Shown here piece after piece: positions 45,368 to 55,017 of a stretch of 64,000 nt of DNA; positions within the stretch are counted from its first letter, which is position 1, and each line of letters begins with the position of its first letter. The notes beneath the pieces are model-generated. The model was given only the letters and a program-made list of their open reading frames with translations. It was not told the DNA's origin and did no database searches. Position numbers and translations under genes: made by a program. Where the stretch lies: contig OZ219866.1 of the NCBI GenBank assembly GCA_964291675.2, positions 2,560,001 to 2,624,000 on the forward strand. Reading direction: 5' to 3'. The stretch is from Alphaproteobacteria bacterium (lineage in GTDB: Bacteria > Pseudomonadota > Alphaproteobacteria > MPNO01).

Positions 45368-45889
45368 ATGCCAGAGACCGTTTCCGCCCCGATGTTCGAT
45401 ACCCAGCTCGCCGTCGAGGAGCTCGTGGCCGCGGGCATGCCGCCGGAGCAGGCCGGCGCGGTCGTGCGGATGCAGGCGCAATGGGTCGACCGCAGCTTCG
45501 CGACCGGCGAAGACGTCGAGCGCCTGCGGACGGAGGTGAACGGGCTGCGGACGGACATGGACCGGCTGCGCGGCGATCTGGCAGCGAAGATCGCGACCCA
45601 GGGCGTGGAGATCGGCAAGGACATGGCGCGGTTGCGCGGGGATCTGGAAGCGAAGATCGAGACCCAGGGCGTGACGATCGCCAGGGACATGGCCACGCTG
45701 CGCGGCGATCTGGAATTGAGGATCGAGACCCGCAGCAACGCCCTCGAAGGGCAGATCGCCGAGCTGCGCGGCACGCTCGAAGCCAGGATCCTCGCGGTGC
45801 AGACCAACACCATCAAATGGGTCACCGGGACGCAGGTCGGAACCTCGGCCATCTTTCTGGCGGCGCTGATCGCCGTCCTGAAGCTGTGA
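45368..45889 (+). CDS. DUF1640/CCDC90-like coiled-coil protein with C-terminal TM and 22-aa repeats
   Basis: FDT..AVEELVAAGMPPEQA, FATGEDV, TIKWVTG; 66-bp repeats at 45554, 45620, 45686. Confidence 0.8.
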   Translation: MPETVSAPMFDTQLAVEELVAAGMPPEQAGAVVRMQAQWVDRSFATGEDVERLRTEVNGLRTDMDRLRGDLAAKIATQGVEIGKDMARLRGDLEAKIETQGVTIARDMATLRGDLELRIETRSNALEGQIAELRGTLEARILAVQTNTIKWVTGTQVGTSAIFLAALIAVLKL

Positions 45890-45893
45890 CGCG

Positions 45894-46772
45894 TCAGGGC
45901 GAGAGCCAGCGCACCGCGCCGGTGTCCTCCAGCCTGTAGCCGCCCATCGAATCGGCCTTCTCGCGCATCGCCTCGCCGGCGGCGAAGCCGAGCAGGGCGC
46001 GCACCGGCTCGGTGAAATAGGCGCGGCGGTCGACCAGCAGGTCGAAGCGCTCCTCGACCAGCGGCAGGAAGGAGAGCTTGTACTGCCGCGCCATCGCCTC
46101 GATGCCGACCGCCGCGTCGGCCTCGCCCGCCGCCACCGCCGCCGCCGCCTCGCTCTCGGTCCAGGCGAGCCCGCCGGCCGGGACCAGGTCGTCGGGCGAC
46201 ATCTCGGCGTGGCGGAGGAATTCCTCGAACAGCTGCGCGGCCGCCGACTCGGGCTGGCGGAAGGCGACCCGCGCGCCGCGCAGATCGGCGATCTTGCTCA
46301 CGCGCCTGCCGGCCTCGCGGGACAGGACGAGCCCGCGCAGGCGAACCGCCCAGGCGAGCAGCACGCAGCCGGTCAGCCGCCAGTCCGCGACCGTCTCGAC
46401 ATTCCAGCCCTCCCGCTCGTGGACGTGGATGCCGGCGATCGCCGCCTGGCGGTCGGCGAAGCGCCTGAGCCCGTCGCCGCTGCCGTTGAGGATCGTCGCG
46501 AGCCCCGAGCCCGATTCGCGCACCGCCCATTCGAGCAGGGGGTCGTGCGAGCCGGCCAGCACCAGCGGCCGGTCGGCCAGCGCGCCGGCGCCGACCCCGG
46601 CCCAGTCCATCACCTCGTCCCTGGGGAACAGCAGCTTGCCGGTGATGCGGCGGTGCGGGATCTCGCCCGCCGCCGCGAGCTCGTAGACCTTGCGCTCCTT
46701 GACCCGCAGCAGCGCCGCCACCTCGCGGGTGGTCATGTGGAGCGGCGGTCGGTCGGTCGGTGGGAGCGCCAT
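45894..46772 (-). CDS. Excisionase-type HTH fused to PBP-like (molybdate-binding type) domain; transcriptional regulator
   Basis: MTTREVAALLRVKERKVYEL..GEIP, AGSHDPLL, GSGDGL, FRQPES, ERFDLLV. Confidence 0.85.
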   Translation of the reverse strand: MALPPTDRPPLHMTTREVAALLRVKERKVYELAAAGEIPHRRITGKLLFPRDEVMDWAGVGAGALADRPLVLAGSHDPLLEWAVRESGSGLATILNGSGDGLRRFADRQAAIAGIHVHEREGWNVETVADWRLTGCVLLAWAVRLRGLVLSREAGRRVSKIADLRGARVAFRQPESAAAQLFEEFLRHAEMSPDDLVPAGGLAWTESEAAAAVAAGEADAAVGIEAMARQYKLSFLPLVEERFDLLVDRRAYFTEPVRALLGFAAGEAMREKADSMGGYRLEDTGAVRWLSP

Positions 46773-46869
46773 GGCGGGGCCATCCTGCCAAACCGCCGCG
46801 CGATGCGCGAGGGGCGAGGGGCGGCTTACCGCCTTGGCGCGGGCCCCGCTCCGTGCCATCTTCGCGGTC

Positions 46870-48165
46870 ATGAACCGACGGCAATTCCTCGCGGCCTCGG
46901 CCGCCTGCGCGCTCGCCCCGGCCACCGGCGGGGCGGCGCCGATGCGGCTCAGGGCCGGGCCGGCCAGCGTGCGGCTGGTGCCCTATGTCGAGGGGCCGAC
47001 GGCGATGCTCGGCTTCAACGGCCGCACGCCGGGGCCGGAGATCCGCGTGCGCGCCGGCGGGCGGGTCTCGGTCGCCTTCGAGAACGCGACCGGGCGGGCG
47101 AGCGCGGTCCACTGGCACGGCATCCACATCGACAACGCGATGGACGGCGTGCCCGGGCTCACCCAGGAGGCGGTGGCGCCCGGGGCGGGCTTCGCCTACG
47201 ACTTCGCCGTGCCGCATCCCGGCACCTACTGGTACCACGCCCATCACCGCTCCTGGGAGCAGGTGGCCAAGGGGCTGTACGGCCCGCTGATCGTCGAGGA
47301 GCGCGCGCCGCCCCGGGTCGACCGCGACATCACGGCGGTGCTCGACGACTGGCGGCTGACCGAGGATGGCGCGCTGCACGAGAGCTTCGGCAACCGGCAC
47401 GATTTCTCGCATGCCGGGCGGCTCGGCAACTACGCGCGGGCGTTCTTCTCCGCCCCGACGGTGCGCATCGGCGACCGGGTGCGGCTCAGGCTGATCAACG
47501 CGGCGACGGCGCGTACCTTCAAGCTGAGGATCGGCGGCGGGGAGGGCCGGATCGTGGCGCTCGACGGGATGCCGCTCGCCGAGCCGGAGCCCATCGGCGA
47601 GCCCGAGCTCGCCCCGGCCCAGCGCGCCGACATCGTGCTCGACGTGGCCGGCCCGCTCGCCTTCGACCTGCTGCCCCGGGGCGAGCCCTACGCGCTCGGC
47701 ACGATCCCCGCCGAGGGCCGCAATCCCGCGCCGATCGGCGGGCCCGTCGCCGCCCTGCCGCCGACCGCGATCCCGGCGCCCGAGGCGCGCGGCGCGCGGC
47801 GGCTCACGCTCGCCATGCAGGGCGGCGCCATGGGCGGGCGCCACGGCGGCGACGACTTCTGGGCCTTCAACGACCGCTCCGGCATGCCGGAGGCGCCGTG
47901 GCAGCGCTTCGCGCGCGGCGAGACGGTGCGGATCGCCATGCGGAACGACACCGCGTTCCCGCACGGCATCCACATCCACGGCCACCATTTCCACGAGCTC
48001 GGCCCGGACGGCGCGCCCGGCCATTACCGCGACACCACGCAGGTCGAGGCGCGCCGGAGCCGGGACGTGCTCTGCGTGTTCGACAACCCGGGCAAGTGGC
48101 TGATCCACTGCCATACGCTCGCCCACCAGGCCTCCGGCATGAAGACCTGGGTCGAGGTCGCGTGA
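46870..48165 (+). CDS. Tat-exported multicopper oxidase
   Basis: MNRRQFL; HWHG, WYHAH, HGIHIHGH, HCHTLAHQASGM. Confidence 0.93.
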   Translation: MNRRQFLAASAACALAPATGGAAPMRLRAGPASVRLVPYVEGPTAMLGFNGRTPGPEIRVRAGGRVSVAFENATGRASAVHWHGIHIDNAMDGVPGLTQEAVAPGAGFAYDFAVPHPGTYWYHAHHRSWEQVAKGLYGPLIVEERAPPRVDRDITAVLDDWRLTEDGALHESFGNRHDFSHAGRLGNYARAFFSAPTVRIGDRVRLRLINAATARTFKLRIGGGEGRIVALDGMPLAEPEPIGEPELAPAQRADIVLDVAGPLAFDLLPRGEPYALGTIPAEGRNPAPIGGPVAALPPTAIPAPEARGARRLTLAMQGGAMGGRHGGDDFWAFNDRSGMPEAPWQRFARGETVRIAMRNDTAFPHGIHIHGHHFHELGPDGAPGHYRDTTQVEARRSRDVLCVFDNPGKWLIHCHTLAHQASGMKTWVEVA

Positions 48166-48596
48166 GGCGCGTTCTCGCGTTTCTCACCCTGCTTCTGCCG
48201 GCGGCCGCGTACGCCGACCACGAGCTGGAGAACCGCGACCTCGGCAACGGGCGGGCGCTCTACAAGGAGCACTGCGCCTCCTGCCACGGCGCGGAGCTGG
48301 AGGGCCAGCCGAACTGGCGGCGGATCGGCGAGGACGGGCTGCTGCCGGCGCCGCCGCATGACCGGACGGGCCATACCTGGCATCACGACAACCGGCTGCT
48401 GTTCGACTACACCAAGCTCGGCGGCAAGGCGCTGATGGCGGCGCGCGGGGTGAGCGACTTCAAGAGCGGCATGGAGGGTTTCGGCGACGCGCTGTCCGAC
48501 GACGAGATCTGGGACATCCTCGCCTGGATCCGCTCGACCTGGCCGGAACGCATCAAACGGATACAGGCTTCGCGGAACCCGACCCACGACCGGTAG
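48162..48596 (+). CDS. Small exported cytochrome c coupled to the multicopper oxidase
   Basis: GTGA overlap; CASCHG, PAPPHDRTGHTWHH. Confidence 0.9.
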   Translation: MRRVLAFLTLLLPAAAYADHELENRDLGNGRALYKEHCASCHGAELEGQPNWRRIGEDGLLPAPPHDRTGHTWHHDNRLLFDYTKLGGKALMAARGVSDFKSGMEGFGDALSDDEIWDILAWIRSTWPERIKRIQASRNPTHDR

Positions 48597-48599
48597 CGG

Positions 48600-49113
48600 G
48601 CTGACAATCTCCCTCCGCTTGCAGTCGAACCGCTTCGCTTGCGGAGGGTCGAACGATGTCGCCGATCGACGGCCGGGCCCGGGCGGGTCGCACCGCGAAC
48701 CGCGGGATCAGGCGCCCGGCATTGCCGCGGCACACCCTTTGCACGTCGTCCACGCCGAGGCCGCAGGCCTCCAGCCCGCGGATGGTCTCGGCCGTGCTTC
48801 CGAACGGGAAATCGGTGCCGAGCGGCACCCGCGAGACCGGCACGTGGTCGAACAGCGCGAGCAGCGCGGCGGCGTGCTCGTTGACCGTGCGGGCGAGGGC
48901 GCGGTTCTCCGCCTCGGTTGCGTGGTGGATGCCCGGCGGCGAGAGCGACAGCATCGCCGTGTCGACGCCGTTCCGGTCGAGCTCCTCCAGCGTTCGATCG
49001 AGCGTCCAGCCGCGCACCGGCGGCCTCTCCATCATGCCACCCATGGCGGCGAAATATTCCGGCGGAAAGAAATGGTGGACGTCGATACGTCCCGCGCCCG
49101 CGCCGTCGGCCAT
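48600..49113 (-). pseudogene. Internally deleted amidohydrolase-2 (decarboxylase/hydrolase) relic
   Basis: RIDVHHFFPP and LDRNGVDTAMLS...ARTVNE joined directly to LGTDFPF...GNAGRLIP; central barrel missing. Confidence 0.7.
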
Positions 49114-49313
49114 CGGGGTCCCCTGGTCTTTCGCCGGGATGCCGGCACCCGAACGGGATGCGCGGAAGCGAACCGGCCCTTCGCCCCGCCTGGCCCGGGA
49201 ACCGACGATGCACTAACCTTCCGGCTGGACCGGTCGTCGGGGCCGGCCGGGTTGGGGAAGGCCGCTCGATGCCGGCCTGCCGCGCTCGGGTCGCCTTCAG
49301 GGAGACAACCGCC

Positions 49314-50147
49314 ATGATGATCAGCGGCCTCAAGGACTCCCGGCTCGTCCTCGTCCTGCAGACCGACCACTCCAGGGTCGCCGGGCTGCTCGCGGCGCAT
49401 TGGGGAAACGCCCAGTTCGCCGAGCCCGCGCCCTACGGGTCGATGGTGCTGGCGGCGGAGGAGCACGATGCCGGGTGGTGGGAGTGGGAGGCCCGCCCCA
49501 CCCTCACCGAGGAAGGCTACCCGATGGACTATATCGGGAGCGTCAGGACTCTCGGCTCCGTCTGGCTCGAGTTCTTCCGGCGCGGGATCGAGCGCGTCGC
49601 GGAGCAGGACCCCTATGCCGGGCTGATGATCCTCATGCACGCCGAGGGGCTGTGCACGCAGGGCAAGGGGTTGATCTCGCACATGCCGGATTTCTCGGCG
49701 ATCCCCGAGGTGCGCGAGGCGCTCGACCGCTGGGAGGTCAGGCGAGAGGAGCTCATCGACCGGCTGCGCGGCTCGGCGACCTATCGCAACTTCGCCACCG
49801 AGGCGGAGCTCTGGCGGAACTTCAAGCTCATGGAGGTCTTCGACCAGCTCGCCCAGTTCATCTGCAACCGCTACCCGTTGGACAGCGCGGCGCGCAAGAA
49901 CGGCCCGTCCAACAGCATCGGGCACGTGCCGGTGGGCCCCGGACGGGACGACGTGACGCTCACGGTGGACGTGCTGGACGGCGCGCGCGCCCGCGTCCAC
50001 CCCTACCCGTTCGACCGCAGCCCGCTGCGGATTCCGATCCCGGCGCGCCTGGTTCCGGATCGGCGATACGAAAGCGAGGAGGCGTTCCTGCACGACTTCT
50101 ACCGGGCCGAGCGCTGCGTCATCGAATACAGCCTTCACGCCGGGTAG
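49314..50147 (+). CDS. DUF3891-family protein
   Basis: AGGGAG RBS; QTDHSRVAGLLAAHWGN, EHDAGWWEWE, DPYAGLMILMH, HPYPF. Confidence 0.8.
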   Translation: MMISGLKDSRLVLVLQTDHSRVAGLLAAHWGNAQFAEPAPYGSMVLAAEEHDAGWWEWEARPTLTEEGYPMDYIGSVRTLGSVWLEFFRRGIERVAEQDPYAGLMILMHAEGLCTQGKGLISHMPDFSAIPEVREALDRWEVRREELIDRLRGSATYRNFATEAELWRNFKLMEVFDQLAQFICNRYPLDSAARKNGPSNSIGHVPVGPGRDDVTLTVDVLDGARARVHPYPFDRSPLRIPIPARLVPDRRYESEEAFLHDFYRAERCVIEYSLHAG

Positions 50148-50199
50148 CGTTGCGCAGCGCGGGCGCTCGGCAGCCGGCAGCAACGACCTGCTTCTCGAC

Positions 50200-50588
50200 A
50201 TCAGGCTGGCCCCCGAGGCCGCCCCGATGGAGAACCGGCGATCGCTGGCCCGGGCACTCGCGGAAACCGGGTTCGAGTGCGGGATACAGGTCTGCGATAT
50301 CCGGCGCGGTTTCGTCTCCAACGGCGCGGAAAGGCCGATCGAGAGCCTGACGGTCGTCCACAGCGCGGTGCCGGGGAAAACCTGCCCTTCGCCCGACCCG
50401 TGTCGTCGGCATGTGGCGCGATGCCAACGCCTTCTACGAGGCGGGCATCCCCGCCGTGGGCGACGGCCCCGGCACCAGGGAACCCATCGCCGACGGGGGT
50501 GGCGCGGCCGATGGCGATCGACGATCCGATCGCGACGGCGAAGTTGTTCGCGCTGACCGCGTCGGCGATCTGCGAGGTGGCGGGTTGA
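50200..50588 (+). pseudogene. Frameshifted C-terminal relic of an M20-family peptidase/deacylase
   Basis: WRDANAFYEAGIPAV..GPG in one frame continues as MAIDD...TAKLFALTA..IC in another. Confidence 0.55.
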
Positions 50589-50721
50589 GCGGACGCCGGT
50601 CGTTCGCCGCCGATGGGGACCTTCCGCGCGGCGCTCCCGCCGAAGTTGAATTCCGGCCGCACCGATCGAATATCCGGCTCATGGACGCGAACCGCGAATC
50701 CGGACCGGTGGGCGGGGCGGC

Positions 50722-51747
50722 ATGACGGGGCTGGAGCTTCGCGGCGTCGCCGGGCTGCGCGGCGGGATCGGGGGGTTGGCCTCGGTCTGGGGCCTCGTGC
50801 TCGCCATCCCGCTCGCCGTGGCGGCGCTCGACCCGGCGAGCCTCGCCGCGATCCTGGGCGAGGCGCTGGCCGGGTTCGCCGGGACGCTGCCCTGGATCGC
50901 CGCGGCGGTCGCGCTGGTCGCCGGGCTCAAGGCGAGCGGGGCGACCGCGCTGGTGGCGCGCGCCTTCGAGGGCCGCGAGACGCGGATGATCGTCCTCGCC
51001 GCGCTGCTCGGCGGGCTTGCCCCGTTCTGCTCCTGCGAGGTCATCCCGTTCATCGCCGCCATGCTGGCGCTCGGCGCGCCGCTGTCTGCGATCATGGCGT
51101 TCTGGCTGTCCTCGCCGCTGATCGACCCGGCGACCGCGCTGATCACCGCCGCCGCGCTCGGCTGGGAGTTCGCCGCCGGCAAGGCGGTGGCGGCGGTCGC
51201 GCTCGGGCTGGCGGGCGGCTTTGCCGTCCGCCCGCTTGCCCGCCTGCCCGCCTTCGCCGCCCCGCTGCGCGCCGAAAGGGACGGGCTCTGCACCGGCTGC
51301 GAGATCCAGCTCGGGGAAGACACGCTGTGGCGGTTCTGGCGCGAGCCGCCGCGCATGGCGATTTTCCGCGCCGAGGCGGTGGCGAACGCGCGGTTCCTCG
51401 TCAAGTGGCTCGCGCTCGCCTATCTGCTGCAGGCGCTGCTGGTCGCCTACGTGCCGGCGGAGGCGGTCGGCGGGGACGGTGTCGCGTCGATCGCGATCGG
51501 CGCGCTGGTCGGCGCGCCGGCCTATCTCAACGGCTACGCCGCGCCGGCCCTGGTCGCCGGGCTGGTGCAGCAGGGCATGGGCGCGGGCGCGGCGATGGCC
51601 TTCATGGTGGCCGGGTCGGTGAGCTGCATCCCGGCCATGGCGGCGGTGTTCTCGCTGGTGCGCGGCCCGGTGTTCGCCGCCTATGTCGCCCTCGGCATCG
51701 CCGGCGCGATGGCGAGCGGCGCGGCGTTCGGCGCCCTGATGGGCTGA
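50722..51747 (+). CDS. Permease, DUF318/ArsP family
   Basis: GGLAPFCSCEVIP, MAFWLSSPLIDP, PAYLNGYAA, AMAFMVAG. Confidence 0.85.
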   Translation: MTGLELRGVAGLRGGIGGLASVWGLVLAIPLAVAALDPASLAAILGEALAGFAGTLPWIAAAVALVAGLKASGATALVARAFEGRETRMIVLAALLGGLAPFCSCEVIPFIAAMLALGAPLSAIMAFWLSSPLIDPATALITAAALGWEFAAGKAVAAVALGLAGGFAVRPLARLPAFAAPLRAERDGLCTGCEIQLGEDTLWRFWREPPRMAIFRAEAVANARFLVKWLALAYLLQALLVAYVPAEAVGGDGVASIAIGALVGAPAYLNGYAAPALVAGLVQQGMGAGAAMAFMVAGSVSCIPAMAAVFSLVRGPVFAAYVALGIAGAMASGAAFGALMG

Positions 51748-51833
51748 TCCGCCGGCCCGGCGTCCGCTGGGCAGCGCGAGTCCGGCGCGGCCCGGTGTAT
51801 CCTGCGGCGCGCGGCAACCGGCGGGGGCGGGGC

Positions 51834-52736
51834 ATGGAGTTCAGGACGGTCGGCGGCGAGACGGGCGGCGGTCTCCGCGTGTCCCTGGTCGGGCTCGGCT
51901 GCAACAATTTCGGGCGCCGGCTGGGCGAGCGCGAATCGCGCGCGGTGATCCATGCCGCGCTCGATGCCGGGATCACCCTGTTCGACACCGCGGAGTCCTA
52001 TGGCGGCGGGCGCTCGGAGAAATACATCGGCAAGGCGCTCGGCGCGCGGCGCCGCGAGATCGCGATTGCCACCAAGTTCGGCTGGAGCGGCGGCGCCGCG
52101 CCGCGCAAGGTCGCGAAAGCCGTCGAGGGCAGCCTGAAGCGGCTGCGCACCGAGACGATCGACCTCTACCAGATCCACCGCCCCGACCCGTCGACGCCGA
52201 TCGCCGACACGCTGGAGGCGCTGGATCGGCTGGTGGATCAGGGCAAGGTGCGGTTCGTCGGCTGCTCCAACTTCTCCGGCGCCCAGATCGCCGAGGCGCG
52301 CGCGGTCGCGGACGGACATGGCCGGTGCGCCTTCGTCACCGCGCAGAACCCCTACAGCCTGCTCGACCGGGCGATCGAGGACGACGTGATCCCGGCCTGC
52401 GGCGAGGCGGGGATGGGAATCCTGCCCTACTACCCGCTCGCCAACGGGCTGCTGTCGGGCAAGTACCGGCTGGGCGCGCCCTGGCCCGGCGGCACCAGGC
52501 TGTCCGAATGGCGGGTCACGGATATCGAGTGGGAGCAGGTCGAGGGGCTGGCCCGCTTCGCTCGCGCGGCGGGCCGCTCGCTGCTCGAGCTCGCCTTCTC
52601 CTGGCTCGCCGCGCAGCCCGGCATGCTCAGCGTGATCGCCGGCGCGACGAGCCCCGAGCAGGTGGCGGCGAATGCCGGCGCGGCGGGCTGGCGGCTGACC
52701 GAGGCGGATCTCGCCGAGGTGGAGCGGTTCGTCTGA
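51834..52736 (+). CDS. Aldo/keto reductase
   Basis: VGLGCNNFG, FDTAESYG, IATKFG, SLKRLRTETIDLYQIH, GCSNF, PLANGLLSGK. Confidence 0.94.
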   Translation: MEFRTVGGETGGGLRVSLVGLGCNNFGRRLGERESRAVIHAALDAGITLFDTAESYGGGRSEKYIGKALGARRREIAIATKFGWSGGAAPRKVAKAVEGSLKRLRTETIDLYQIHRPDPSTPIADTLEALDRLVDQGKVRFVGCSNFSGAQIAEARAVADGHGRCAFVTAQNPYSLLDRAIEDDVIPACGEAGMGILPYYPLANGLLSGKYRLGAPWPGGTRLSEWRVTDIEWEQVEGLARFARAAGRSLLELAFSWLAAQPGMLSVIAGATSPEQVAANAGAAGWRLTEADLAEVERFV

Positions 52737-52770
52737 GCTGGCGTTCGCGTTTGAAGAGGGAATTGTCGCA

Positions 52771-53100
52771 ATGAGCGAGAGCGACTTCGAGCCGGTCGAA
52801 GGAAGCGGGAATGCGTTCCGCGACCTCGGCGACCCGCACGCCGATCTGAAACAGGCCAAGGCGATCCTCGCGGCCGGGATCATCGCGGTGCTGGACGAGC
52901 GCGGGCTCACGGTGCGGAAGGCGGGTGCGTTGGCCGGGTTCGCCCCGGCGGATTTCTCGCGCATTCGCAACGCGGATTTCGGGCGGTTCACGCTTGACCG
53001 GTTGATCAGGATGCTTGCGGCGCTGGATGGCGGCCTGCGTGTCACGCTGCGGGTCGAGCCGGGACCTGAGGACGATGCGGCACTGGCGGAACGGGGATGA
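52771..53100 (+). CDS. XRE (HTH_37-type) HigA-like antitoxin, orphan
   Basis: GSGNAFRDLG, GLTVRKA, ADFSRIRNA..RFTLDRLI. Confidence 0.85.
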   Translation: MSESDFEPVEGSGNAFRDLGDPHADLKQAKAILAAGIIAVLDERGLTVRKAGALAGFAPADFSRIRNADFGRFTLDRLIRMLAALDGGLRVTLRVEPGPEDDAALAERG

Positions 53101-53117
53101 GGCCGAGGCCGGTCTCG

Positions 53118-53251
53118 CGTCCATCGATACGCCCGCTGCGGGGGCTACTCGGGATGAGGGAGGTTGGTATGCCACATACAATGTTCCTCATCCCGGCCAG
53201 GCGCTCCTCGGCTCCGCTTGGGTCAGGCTACGCGCCGCATCGAGGGACGCC
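53118..53251. repeat. Inverted pair of type-B palindromic repeats
   Basis: CCATCGATACG...CTCGGGATGAGG and CCTCATCCCGG...GCATCGAGGGACGCC. Confidence 0.75.
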
Positions 53252-53319
53252 GGTCAGGGTTCCGTCTCCACCCGATACGCTCTAGCATCGCCCGGTTCCC
53301 GCCGAAGGAGGAGGACGCC

Positions 53320-55005
53320 GTGACCGATCCGCTATGGCTCGCGAAATACCCCGAGGGCGTGCAATGGGATGCCGAGATCCCCGAAGGGCCGCTATTCGCG
53401 ATCCTCGACGAGGCGGTCGAACGCTTCCCCGGCAACGAGGCGATGGACTTCCTCGGCAAGCGCTACACCTATGCCGAGCTCGGCGACGCGGTGACGCGCG
53501 CCGCCGCCGGTTTCCGCGCGCTCGGCGTCGCCAAGGGGGTCAAGGTCGGGCTGTTCCTGCCCAACTGCCCGCAATTCGTCATTTCCTTTTTCGGCATCCT
53601 CAAGGCCGGCGGCACGGTGGTCAATTACAGCCCGCTCTATACGGAAGACCAGCTCGCCCACCAGATCGAGGATTCCGGGACCGGGATCATGGTGACGCTC
53701 GGCCTGGAGGCGCTGTACCCGAAGATGGCGGCGCTGCTGGACCGCGGGCTGGTCGGCAAGCTGGTCGTCGGCACCTTGCAGGCCGCCCTGCCGTTCCCCA
53801 AGAGCGTGCTGTTCCCGCTGCTCAAGCGAAGCGAGATCGCCCGCGTGCCGAATGACGACCGGCATGTCGCCTTCGCCCGGCTGCTCGACAACGACGGCGC
53901 CGGCGAGCCGCCCGCGATCGACCCCCGCGCCGACATCGCCGTGCTGCAATATACCGGCGGCACCACCGGGGTCTCCAAGGGCGCCATGCTGACCCACGCC
54001 AACCTCCACGCCAACGTCCACCAGGCGCTGATGTGGAGCCCCGACCTGGTGCCCGGCGAAGAGCGCATGATGGGCGTGCTGCCGTTCTTCCACGTCTTCG
54101 CCATGACCGTGGTGATGAACCTGACCATCGCGCTCGGCGGCTCGATCGTGATGCGCCCGCGCTTCGAGCTCGACCCGGTGCTGGAGGACGTGACGAAGAA
54201 GAAGCCGACGCTGTTCCCCGGCGTGCCCACGATGTACACCGCGATCGTCAACCACCCGAAGCTGGAGAAATTCGACCTGACCTCGATCAAGATCTGCCTG
54301 TCCGGCGGCGCCCCGCTGCCGGGCGAGATCAAGCGCCGCTTCGAGACGCTCTCGGGCTGCAAGCTGGTCGAGGGCTACGGGCTGACCGAGACTTCGCCGC
54401 TGGCCACCGCGAACCCGTTCGACGGGCTCAACAAGGAGGGCTCGATCGGCCTGCCGGTGCCCGGCACCTCGATCGCCATCGTCGACAAGGAGGACCCGCG
54501 AAAGCTGTTGCCGCAGGGCGAGGACGGCGAGATCTGCGTCTCCGGCCCGCAGGTGATGAAGGGCTATTGGGGGCGCGAGGAGGCGACCGCCGAGACCGTC
54601 GTCGACGGCAGGCTGCTCACCGGCGATGTCGGCCATGTCGACGAGGACGGCTACGTCTTCATCATCGACCGCAAGAAGGACCTCGTGCTGGTCAGCGGCT
54701 TCAACGTGTTCCCGCGCAAGGTGGAGGAGGGGATCTACCGCCACGAGGCGGTCGAGGAGGTCACGGTGATCGGCGTGCCGGACGACTACACCGGCGAGGC
54801 GGTCAAGGCCTTCGTCAAGCTCAAGGAGGGGCAGACGCTCGACGCCGACGCGCTCAAGGACTTCCTCGCCGACAAGCTCGGCCGGCACGAGATGCCGAAG
54901 CATGTCGAGTTCCGCGACGAGCTGCCCAAGACGATGATCGGCAAGCTGTCCAAGAAGGAGCTGGTGGCCGAGGAAGAAGCCGCCCGCGAGGCCGCCTCCG
55001 GCTGA
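53320..55005 (+). CDS. Long-chain fatty acid / dicarboxylate CoA ligase (FadD/PimA-like)
   Basis: AGGAGGAGG RBS + GTG; YTGGTTGVSKG, EGYGLTE, TGDVG, LPKTMIGK. Confidence 0.93.
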   Translation: MTDPLWLAKYPEGVQWDAEIPEGPLFAILDEAVERFPGNEAMDFLGKRYTYAELGDAVTRAAAGFRALGVAKGVKVGLFLPNCPQFVISFFGILKAGGTVVNYSPLYTEDQLAHQIEDSGTGIMVTLGLEALYPKMAALLDRGLVGKLVVGTLQAALPFPKSVLFPLLKRSEIARVPNDDRHVAFARLLDNDGAGEPPAIDPRADIAVLQYTGGTTGVSKGAMLTHANLHANVHQALMWSPDLVPGEERMMGVLPFFHVFAMTVVMNLTIALGGSIVMRPRFELDPVLEDVTKKKPTLFPGVPTMYTAIVNHPKLEKFDLTSIKICLSGGAPLPGEIKRRFETLSGCKLVEGYGLTETSPLATANPFDGLNKEGSIGLPVPGTSIAIVDKEDPRKLLPQGEDGEICVSGPQVMKGYWGREEATAETVVDGRLLTGDVGHVDEDGYVFIIDRKKDLVLVSGFNVFPRKVEEGIYRHEAVEEVTVIGVPDDYTGEAVKAFVKLKEGQTLDADALKDFLADKLGRHEMPKHVEFRDELPKTMIGKLSKKELVAEEEAAREAASG

Positions 55006-55017
55006 GCGCGCGCGCCC

